A model generated the notes under the pieces. It saw only the letters and a list, made by a program, of their open reading frames with translations, was not told where the DNA came from and did no database searches. From positions 1 through 53,717 of the IMG/VR virus record IMGVR_UViG_3300042997_001874: a stretch of DNA of 53,717 nt; one strand, 5' to 3'. Shown here one piece after another: positions 45,501 to 53,166 of this stretch (positions are counted from its first letter, which is position 1; the number at the start of each line of letters is the position of its first letter). The position numbers were made by a program, and so were the translations under genes. The stretch is from a virus. Taxonomy: Duplodnaviria; Caudoviricetes.

Positions 45501-46108
45501 TGAAACAAGTATTAATTGAAACCCAAGCGTTTCAGGTTAATCCTGTTCAATTAACTGAAGGTACTAAATCTCCAGCAGGCAACCCCATTGTAGAAGGTAT
45601 TTTAGCTACGGCTGAAGTTAAAAACGGAAACGGCCGTTACTACAAAAAAGATCTATGGCAACGCGAAATAGATAGATACATGGAAGTTGTTAAAGAAAAC
45701 AGAGCAACAGGTGAGCTAGACCATCCAGACTCCTCTATCATCAATCTTAAAAACGTATCTCATATTATCCGAAGTATCTTTTGGGATGGAGACCACGTAG
45801 TAGGAAAGATAGAAATACTACCAACTGTTTCAGGTAATATTTTAAAAGCATTAATTGAAAATAATGTTCAAGTAGGTGTTTCTTCTCGCGGTATGGGTTC
45901 TTTAAAACAAATGAGTGAAGGTACACTAGAGGTACAAGACGACTTTGAACTTCTATGTTGGGATTTTGTTTCTACACCTTCCAATCCAGGTTCATATATG
46001 CACTTAGTGCGCGAAGGAAAAGAATACAACACAAGTAACCATTACAGTAAAGCAAGTGGAATTTTAACAGAAATTCTATGCGCTAAGGGCACCTGCCCTA
46101 TTATATAA
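45500..46108 (+). CDS. gp21: Prohead core protease (T4 gp21-like)
   Basis: KNGNGRYY, GELDHP, NVSH, GVSSRGMGS, WDFVSTPS. Confidence 0.95.
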   Translation: MKQVLIETQAFQVNPVQLTEGTKSPAGNPIVEGILATAEVKNGNGRYYKKDLWQREIDRYMEVVKENRATGELDHPDSSIINLKNVSHIIRSIFWDGDHVVGKIEILPTVSGNILKALIENNVQVGVSSRGMGSLKQMSEGTLEVQDDFELLCWDFVSTPSNPGSYMHLVREGKEYNTSNHYSKASGILTEILCAKGTCPII

Positions 46109-46133
46109 ATTTCCCTAGGGCGCTACCTTGGGT

Positions 46134-46159
46134 GGGGAAACGCAAGTTTCCCCTTTTTT
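46134..46159 (+). terminator. Intrinsic terminator
   Basis: GGGGAAAC-GCAA-GTTTCCCC followed by TTTTTT. Confidence 0.88.
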
Positions 46160-46179
46160 ATCTTTGAATAATCCATACA

Positions 46180-46187
46180 TATGTATA
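46180..46187 (+). promoter_or_regulatory. Variant late promoter TATGTATA for the scaffold-capsid operon
   Basis: One mismatch to TATTTATA; lies just after the terminator. Confidence 0.45.
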
Positions 46188-46289
46188 GACATAATATGCT
46201 ATCCTTATATAGCATTTACAAATATATAAATTCCGATTACGGTTGAATAAATAACCGTACCCCCCAAATCAAATTTTGTGGATAAAACA

Positions 46290-47513
46290 ATGGCGAATAG
46301 AAACCTATTGAAAGAAGCTATTGCTGATGCTAAATCTGTTAAAGAAGCAGCCATCGCAAATGCTAAAGCCGCTCTTGAGGAAGCTTTTACACCATACCTA
46401 AAGGAAAAATTTTCTGCCAAATTAGCAGAAATGGAAACCGAAGAAGGTATGTATTATGAAGACGACAAAGAGATGGAAGAAAACTACAGCGAAGGAGAAG
46501 TAGAAGAAATGTCAAACTATACCGAAGAAAAACGTACTGAAAAGATGCGTGAAAAACCTGAAGTAGAAGAGATGGATCTTGACGAACTTTTAGCTGAACT
46601 CGATGAGGAAATGAGTAAAGAAAAAGAAATGGAAGAAACTTTAAACGAAGCTGAAGAAGAAACCGAAGAGGAAGAATCTGAAGAAGTTGAAGGTGAAGAG
46701 GACGATGAAATCGACCTTGAAGACATGACTGAAGACGAGCTTAAAGACTTAATCGAAGACGTAATCGCAGACATGGTTAGAGCTGGTGAGCTCGAAGCCG
46801 GTGAAAAATTCGAAGACGAAGAAGACGACGAAGACGACGAAGAAATCGATTTTGAAGAAGAAGACGAAGAAGAAATAGTATCTGAAAGAAAGCACTACGG
46901 TGGTAGTAAAGAGAATATTCCTTCTGCTAAGCGTGGTAAAATTAAAAAAGACACCGCTGAAGAAGAAGGCATTGCTGACTATGAAAGATCTAAGAAAAAG
47001 ATGGACGAAGGAGTAATAGATAAGTTAAAAGATCTTTACACTGATAAAGAATTACTTTCTAAAATCATTACTATTGACGGTGAAAAAGTATCTATTCAAG
47101 ATCTTATTAATTTAGTAAAATCAGGAGCTCCGGCTCGTGAAGGTATGAATAGAACTGAAGACGAAATGGATGAAATGAAGAAAGAAATTGAAGAATTAGC
47201 TTCAACACTTTCTGAAACTAAACTTTTAAACGCTAAACTTCTTTATACTAACAAAATCTTCAGAGCTAAGAATTTAAACGAAACACAAAAAGTAAAGGTA
47301 TTGGAAGCTTTTGATAAAGCTGCTTCCGTAAGAGATGCTAAACTTATCTACGAGACATTAACCACAGTTAAGGAAACTAAAACTGCTGTTACTGAATCAA
47401 TGAGAGGTATGGCCTCAAAAGCGGCAGGTATGGCTCCAGAAAAGAAACCAATCCTTGAGGTAAACGATCAATTCGCTAGATGGCAAATCTTAGCGGGTAT
47501 CAAAAGAAATTAA
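46290..47513 (+). CDS. Prohead scaffold/core protein (gp22-like)
   Basis: Very acidic coiled-coil protein between the protease and major capsid genes; LLKEAIADAK, LLNAKLLYTNK. ATG 46290 is preferred over GTG 46278. Confidence 0.8.
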   Translation: MANRNLLKEAIADAKSVKEAAIANAKAALEEAFTPYLKEKFSAKLAEMETEEGMYYEDDKEMEENYSEGEVEEMSNYTEEKRTEKMREKPEVEEMDLDELLAELDEEMSKEKEMEETLNEAEEETEEEESEEVEGEEDDEIDLEDMTEDELKDLIEDVIADMVRAGELEAGEKFEDEEDDEDDEEIDFEEEDEEEIVSERKHYGGSKENIPSAKRGKIKKDTAEEEGIADYERSKKKMDEGVIDKLKDLYTDKELLSKIITIDGEKVSIQDLINLVKSGAPAREGMNRTEDEMDEMKKEIEELASTLSETKLLNAKLLYTNKIFRAKNLNETQKVKVLEAFDKAASVRDAKLIYETLTTVKETKTAVTESMRGMASKAAGMAPEKKPILEVNDQFARWQILAGIKRN

Positions 47514-47537
47514 TAAACAAAAAACCCCTGTAATAAT

Positions 47538-49304
47538 ATGTCACAAGTACAACAATTACTCGAGTCTGCAGCTTCCGGTTGGAAGAATATGCAGTCTGAC
47601 GCGGCTAAATTAGCTGCAAAATGGGATAGGACAGGTTTACTTGAAGGACTCCGTACGGAGACCGACAAGAACAACATGTCTTTAATCCTAGAAAACCAAG
47701 CCAAGCAACTAGTAGTAGAGCAATCTTCTGTAGGTGGTGGTTCAGGTTTCGGTAACTTCACAGTCGGCACAGGTGCCGAATGGGCTGGTATCGCTCTTCC
47801 ATTAGTACGTAAGGTATTCGGTCAAATCGCTGCTAAAGAATTCGTTTCTGTACAGCCTATGAACCTACCTTCCGGTCTTGTATTCTTTTTAGACTTCCAA
47901 TACGGAACTACTAAGAATCCATTCTCTACTGGAAAATCACTCTATGGTAACACTGGTTCAGCTAATGGTAACTACCCATTCTCTACAAACCCTAATAACT
48001 TAGGTGAGAATAACAACGGTGGTCTATACGGTGCTGGAAGGTTTACCTATTCAACTAACCAATTCTCATCTTCATTACTAGGTCTTATATCTGGTTCGTC
48101 TGCAGCTCCTGCAAATGCTTCCACTGGTAGTCTTACAACCGCTACTTGGGCAGAATTAAATTTTGATTCAGATATGTCAGCCTCTATTGTTGGTGGTACA
48201 GTACTGAAAGCTACTATTTCTGCTTCTGCATTATCTAGCTACGATGCTGATGCTGTAAGAGGATTTGTATTAGTATCAGGTTCAGCTACAACTGAGACTG
48301 GAGTAAATGGTTTAACTGTAGCTACTGCATTACCACAATTTACTACTTTAGATTACACTAACCAAAGAATTTCTTTCTTCTTTACTGCTTCCGCAGCTGT
48401 TATTGCAGCAACCGGTTCTTACACTGCGTTTTACAATAAGGCAACTACAATGAGCCCATACAACGTAGGTGATTTCGAAGCTGGAAACGCATTCGCTGCT
48501 CCCAACGCTGAAAGCTCAACTGAAATTGTAATTCCAGAAATCAACATCCAACTTCAGTCACAAGCAATTGTTGCTAAGACTAAGAAGTTAAAGGCTGTTT
48601 GGACTCCAGAATTCGCCCAAGATCTTAATGCCTACCAGGCACTTGACGCAGAAGCTGAAGTAACAAACATCATGAGCGAGTACATTTCTCTTGAAATCGA
48701 CCTTGAAATTCTTGACATGTTGATCGAAGACGCAGCTGCTGGTACTGAGTACTGGACTGTATTGAACAACGGTGTTTACAATCCTAGTAATACTAACGGA
48801 TTTGATTTCCCAACTTCAAGTACAATGACCGGTTACTACAATACTCAAGGCCAGTGGTTCCAAACCCTTGGTACTAAGATGCAGAAACTTTCTAACAAGA
48901 TTCACCAGTTAACCCTTCGTGGTGGTGCAAACTTCTTAGTATGTTCCCCAACTGTAGCTACAGTAATTGAATCAATCCCAGGATTCGCTTCAAACTCTGA
49001 TGGCTCTGCAGACAAAATGGAATACGCGTTTGGTGTACAGAAAGCTGGTCAATTGAACAGCCGCTATACAGTTTACAAGAATCCTTACATGACTGAAAAC
49101 ACGATCCTTATGGGATTCCGTGGTACTCAGTTCTTGGAGGCCGGTGCTGTATTTGCTCCTTACATTCCTTTGATCATGACTCCTCTTATCTACGATCCCG
49201 ATACCTTCACTCCAAGAAAAGGTCTCTTGACTCGCTACGCTAAGAAGATGCTACGTCCCGAATTTTATGGTAAAATCTTCGTTTCTGGTCTTAACAGCCT
49301 CTAA
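47538..49304 (+). CDS. gp23: Major capsid protein (T4 gp23-like)
   Basis: LENQ, PLVRKVF, VSVQPMNLPSGLVFFLDF, KLKAVWTPEFAQDL, EIDLEIL, APYIPL, TPRKGLLTRY. Confidence 0.95.
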   Translation: MSQVQQLLESAASGWKNMQSDAAKLAAKWDRTGLLEGLRTETDKNNMSLILENQAKQLVVEQSSVGGGSGFGNFTVGTGAEWAGIALPLVRKVFGQIAAKEFVSVQPMNLPSGLVFFLDFQYGTTKNPFSTGKSLYGNTGSANGNYPFSTNPNNLGENNNGGLYGAGRFTYSTNQFSSSLLGLISGSSAAPANASTGSLTTATWAELNFDSDMSASIVGGTVLKATISASALSSYDADAVRGFVLVSGSATTETGVNGLTVATALPQFTTLDYTNQRISFFFTASAAVIAATGSYTAFYNKATTMSPYNVGDFEAGNAFAAPNAESSTEIVIPEINIQLQSQAIVAKTKKLKAVWTPEFAQDLNAYQALDAEAEVTNIMSEYISLEIDLEILDMLIEDAAAGTEYWTVLNNGVYNPSNTNGFDFPTSSTMTGYYNTQGQWFQTLGTKMQKLSNKIHQLTLRGGANFLVCSPTVATVIESIPGFASNSDGSADKMEYAFGVQKAGQLNSRYTVYKNPYMTENTILMGFRGTQFLEAGAVFAPYIPLIMTPLIYDPDTFTPRKGLLTRYAKKMLRPEFYGKIFVSGLNSL

Positions 49305-49330
49305 ACTAGAATAACCTAAAGTTAAATATT

Positions 49331-49360
49331 GAGCCCCGCGAAAGCGGGGCTCTCTTATTT
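49331..49360 (+). terminator. Intrinsic terminator after the capsid gene
   Basis: GAGCCCCGC-GAAA-GCGGGGCTC followed by TCTTATTT. Confidence 0.85.
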
Positions 49361-49362
49361 AA

Positions 49363-49370
49363 TATTTATA
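49363..49370 (+). promoter_or_regulatory. Putative late promoter TATTTATA
   Basis: Recurrent octamer upstream of phoH. Confidence 0.6.
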
Positions 49371-49405
49371 CACGGTAATTATTTATTTAACTTATTAATT
49401 AATAT

Positions 49406-50137
49406 ATGGCTTCACACCATCACGAAGATTCAATCTTCCAGGAAAAACGCAAACCCAAAACACCAATCAAATTTAAAACAGAACTAAATTTAGAACAAAA
49501 AGAAGCCAAAGCAAAAATATTACAACACACAGTTACGTTATTAGCCGGTTCAGCTGGCTCAGGTAAAACATTTTTAGCGTGTCAAATAGCACTAGAGAAG
49601 CTATTTATGAAAGAAGCTGAAAAAATAATCATTACAAGACCTACCGTATCAAAAGAGGAAATAGGATTTCTACCAGGTGATCTACGCGAAAAAATGGATC
49701 CGTGGGTCCAACCCATATACCAAAACATGTATGCTCTATATGATAAGGTTAAAGTAGAACAATTTATACAAGCAGGCCAAATTGAAATAGTACCTTTATC
49801 ATTTATGCGAGGTCGCACTTTTTTAGATTCAATAGTGATAGTGGACGAGGCACAAAACGTAACACACGAGCAAATGGAAATGATTGTAACACGATTAGGT
49901 TTACGCAGTAAAATGATCATTTGTGGAGACGATAACCAAGTGGATTTAAAATCCAAGCGCGAATCCGGTTTTAGGTTTTTATATACGGGTGCTAAAAAGA
50001 TAAAAGATCTTTGCGCTATATCCCTTAAAACAAATCATCGCCACCCAATCGTAGAAGATCTCGTTTCATATTATGAAGAGGCAGCATACCAAGGTATATC
50101 ATTGGGCACATCTGGTTCAAACGGAAGGAAGAGTTAA
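49406..50137 (+). CDS. phoH: PhoH-family ATPase
   Basis: GSAGSGKT, ITRP, GFLPGDLREKMDPW, FMRGRTF, DEAQN, RHPIV. Confidence 0.93.
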   Translation: MASHHHEDSIFQEKRKPKTPIKFKTELNLEQKEAKAKILQHTVTLLAGSAGSGKTFLACQIALEKLFMKEAEKIIITRPTVSKEEIGFLPGDLREKMDPWVQPIYQNMYALYDKVKVEQFIQAGQIEIVPLSFMRGRTFLDSIVIVDEAQNVTHEQMEMIVTRLGLRSKMIICGDDNQVDLKSKRESGFRFLYTGAKKIKDLCAISLKTNHRHPIVEDLVSYYEEAAYQGISLGTSGSNGRKS

Positions 50138-50148
50138 ACCTTCTTACA

Positions 50149-50156
50149 TATTTATA
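50149..50156 (+). promoter_or_regulatory. Putative late promoter TATTTATA
   Basis: Recurrent octamer upstream of the neck gene. Confidence 0.6.
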
Positions 50157-50166
50157 ACGAAAACGT

Positions 50167-51381
50167 ATGGCAAACATTCCAATTTGGCCTGGGTCCTCTT
50201 CATTTGCTGCCGTATCAGCCTCATTTTATAATACTCCATCAACAGGTAGTTCACCTACTTCATTTGGGTTTTATGATAATGACTCTGCTTTTAAAACAGA
50301 CGCAAATAAGGTAGCTAATTTTTGTTCTAGGCGTTTAGGATATCCTATTGAAAACGTAGAACTACAGGATTTAAACTTTTGGACTGCCTTTGAGGAAGCA
50401 ACAACTATCTATGGTAACGAATTATATGCTTACCAAATTAGAGAAAACATGCTTAACTTGGAGGGTTTACCTATATCTACCCCCACATTAAACAATACTC
50501 AAATTACCCCTAATATGGGTAATATTATCCGTATCTCAGAACAATATGGAGAGACAGCCGGGGTAGGAGGAAATACCAATTGGTATTCAGGTTCGGTTAT
50601 TTTAACTGGCTCAGTTCAGGATTATGATTTAGATGTTTGGGCCCAACAAAATGGCATTTCAGGAAGTAATTTAGAGATCCAAAACGTATTTTACCACGGT
50701 GTTCCCGCTTCAGCTACCTACTACTATGGAGGTGCTGTAGGTTTAGGATCAGGATTTGGTGGTTTCTTTGGCGCTTTAGGTGGTGTAGCAGGTGCGGGTG
50801 GTATAGGTTATTTACAGAACCCCCTAGCATACAACGTAGCGGCAATTCAGCAAGTAGAATTAGCGGATGAAATTCTTTTATCTGGTTATAGTTTTCAACT
50901 TATAAACAATAAGCTAAGAATATTCCCTTGCCCCACAGAAGGTGATACAGGAACTAATTACTATTTCCAATACCTACTTAAAAGCGAACGTTTAGGGAAT
51001 TCATTAGTTTCCGGAAGTGGAGTTAGCGGTAGTGGATTAATCACTAACGTCTCAAACGCTCCATATGGCAACCCAGTTTATTCTCAAATAAATTCAATAG
51101 GGCGTTCCTGGATTTTTGAATATACTTTAGCACTTTCAAAAGAAATGTTAGGGTATGTTCGCAACAAATATTCACAAATTCCGATTCCGGGTGCTGAAGT
51201 TACTTTAAACGGGGATACTTTAACCTCATCTGCAGCTACTGATAAAGAGGCTTTAATAACAAGGTTAAGAGAATATTTCAATGAAACCTCTCGCCAATCC
51301 ATGCTTGAAAGAAGATCATTAGAAGCAGATTTTTCTCAAACTGAACTGAATAAAAGCCCAATGACAATCTTCATAGGATGA
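50167..51381 (+). CDS. gp13: Neck/head-tail adaptor protein (gp13-like)
   Basis: RRLGYPIENVEL, WIFEYTLALSKEMLGYVRNKY, IPGAEVTLNG. Confidence 0.8.
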   Translation: MANIPIWPGSSSFAAVSASFYNTPSTGSSPTSFGFYDNDSAFKTDANKVANFCSRRLGYPIENVELQDLNFWTAFEEATTIYGNELYAYQIRENMLNLEGLPISTPTLNNTQITPNMGNIIRISEQYGETAGVGGNTNWYSGSVILTGSVQDYDLDVWAQQNGISGSNLEIQNVFYHGVPASATYYYGGAVGLGSGFGGFFGALGGVAGAGGIGYLQNPLAYNVAAIQQVELADEILLSGYSFQLINNKLRIFPCPTEGDTGTNYYFQYLLKSERLGNSLVSGSGVSGSGLITNVSNAPYGNPVYSQINSIGRSWIFEYTLALSKEMLGYVRNKYSQIPIPGAEVTLNGDTLTSSAATDKEALITRLREYFNETSRQSMLERRSLEADFSQTELNKSPMTIFIG

Positions 51382-51719
51382 TAAAGTTTGCTGATATATT
51401 AACTGAGATATTAAACACCTACGAGGTAGATGTTATAATAAAATCTAATAAAAACCAAAATATTAGCGATATATTGGATCAAATCCGTGCTCTAAGAAAG
51501 ATCACCACGGTACGAAATATAACCCCACCAGACTATCCACAAAAAGAGAATATTGAATACACTCGTATTAATATTAAATTTTTAAGCAAAACAGGTAAAC
51601 CAGAAGAAGATATAAAAGAATTTGAACAAGAAATTCTTACCTCAGATCAGGACGATAACCTAAAAATACTAGGGGTTATAGGAGCTAATTTTGATATAAA
51701 TACTTTAAGACGTTTATAG
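51378..51719 (+). CDS. Hypothetical protein with an MIKFADILTE leader
   Basis: Shared leader; inserted between the neck genes. Confidence 0.55.
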   Translation: MIKFADILTEILNTYEVDVIIKSNKNQNISDILDQIRALRKITTVRNITPPDYPQKENIEYTRINIKFLSKTGKPEEDIKEFEQEILTSDQDDNLKILGVIGANFDINTLRRL

Positions 51720-52255
51720 TGGCTTTATTTGGGCAAGCAAGAGACATCTCAATGTTTAGATACGTTAACCGTGAGTTGATGCATAACATCATCTCGCAAC
51801 AGTGTGCTTTTTACCAATTGCAACTAAACGAAACAGCATTTAATATGTACGGGGAAGCTGCTGAAGATAAATACTATAATGGTCCTTTCCTTTTATACAC
51901 ATTAATAGATCTACCAGACCAAAATTTTCCAACAGGAGAAATGGGTGTAGATTTTGATTGGAAACCCACATTCAGATTTTTAAGAGACGATTTAACAACC
52001 GGTTCTTTAGGGTATTCTAATCTAACAGAAGACATTGTTCCCCAAGTAGGTGATATAATCTTCTATCAAGAATCATATTACGAGATCACCAACATAAACG
52101 AGGCACAATATTTTGTAGGTAAAAACCCAGATTACCCTAATAATCCTAATCCATTAGAAACAGATTTAGCAGAGTTTGGATATAATGTCTCCATTATATG
52201 CAGCACAATCTATGTTCCTGCTGATAAGGTCGGACTAAGTAAAGAAAGAACATAA
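51719..52255 (+). CDS. gp14: Neck/head-closure protein (gp14-like)
   Basis: NMYGEA, PQVGDIIFY..YYEI; position after gp13; GTG start in a TAGTG overlap. Confidence 0.65.
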   Translation: MALFGQARDISMFRYVNRELMHNIISQQCAFYQLQLNETAFNMYGEAAEDKYYNGPFLLYTLIDLPDQNFPTGEMGVDFDWKPTFRFLRDDLTTGSLGYSNLTEDIVPQVGDIIFYQESYYEITNINEAQYFVGKNPDYPNNPNPLETDLAEFGYNVSIICSTIYVPADKVGLSKERT

Positions 52256-53109
52256 TGCCACAATATAGAAAACCTACCCCTAAAACTCAGAAACAATTAT
52301 CTGAGGAACAGCACGTACCTACTTACCCTCAATACGGGAATCCTAATGCATCAGTTCCGGCAAGCAATAATAGGGGTACAAAAATTTCATGGGAAGGGGA
52401 TGATGCCAAACTTTTTTCTATTGGTATTAAAGACATAGATGAGGCTGTAATGTATTATATGAAAAGTATAATTAAACCTTACGTTCTACAAAATGGTGAA
52501 AGAATAGAAGTACCTGTTATTTATGGTTCTCCTGAAAGATGGAAATCAGTTCAACGCGATGGGTATTACAAGGATAAAAACGGGGCTATAATGCTTCCTT
52601 TAATTATATTTAAAAGAGATAGTATTGAAAAAGTTAGAAGTTTTGGTAATAAATTAGATGCTAATACACCTAACAATTACCAAATCTTTGAAAAAAAATA
52701 CACAGCTAGAAATGCTTATAATAGTTTTGATGTTTTAAATGGGATAAAACCACAAAAAGAATACTATGCTGTAGTTATACCTGATTTTGTTAATGTAACA
52801 TACTCTTGTATTGTGTCTACCTATTATATAGAACAACTAAATAAAATAGTTGAAGCTATCAATTATGCCTCTGACACATACTGGGGTGATCCCGACCGTT
52901 ATAAATTCCGTATTAGTATTAATACAATTCAAACTCCAACCGAATTAGTACAAGACAGTTTACGTTCAGTAAAAGCCAATTTTTCACTGACTTTATACGG
53001 GCAAATAGCTCCGGATGTACCACAAAAAGATTTATCAGCTATTAATAAGTTTTTTGATAAAACTAAAGCAATATTTTCTATAGAAACCGTATCTCAGTTA
53101 CCTAAATAA
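52255..53109 (+). CDS. gp15: Tail terminator/sheath stabiliser (gp15-like)
   Basis: IEVPVIYGSPERW, LPLIIFKR, PDFVNVTY; position after the neck genes. Confidence 0.65.
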   Translation: MPQYRKPTPKTQKQLSEEQHVPTYPQYGNPNASVPASNNRGTKISWEGDDAKLFSIGIKDIDEAVMYYMKSIIKPYVLQNGERIEVPVIYGSPERWKSVQRDGYYKDKNGAIMLPLIIFKRDSIEKVRSFGNKLDANTPNNYQIFEKKYTARNAYNSFDVLNGIKPQKEYYAVVIPDFVNVTYSCIVSTYYIEQLNKIVEAINYASDTYWGDPDRYKFRISINTIQTPTELVQDSLRSVKANFSLTLYGQIAPDVPQKDLSAINKFFDKTKAIFSIETVSQLPK

Positions 53110-53130
53110 GACATTCGCCTTATTTTTTAA

Positions 53131-53138
53131 TATTTATT
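53131..53138 (+). promoter_or_regulatory. Variant late promoter TATTTATT
   Basis: One mismatch to the octamer; upstream of ATG 53167. Confidence 0.45.
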
Positions 53139-53166
53139 ACAAACTGGAAGATATAAGTTTAGTTAC

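Noticed and set aside
1341-51302. All minus-strand ORFs and short nested plus-strand ORFs in the track (e.g. 18349..18840, 31585..32022, 21825..22088, 39866..40057)
   Set aside because: They lie within longer, motif-bearing + strand genes and have the S/F/L/I-rich composition typical of antisense shadows
51717-51721. TAGTG stop/start overlap as a frameshift or readthrough signal
   Set aside because: Most simply a one-base variant of the TAATG overlap used throughout, keeping both the stop and the start
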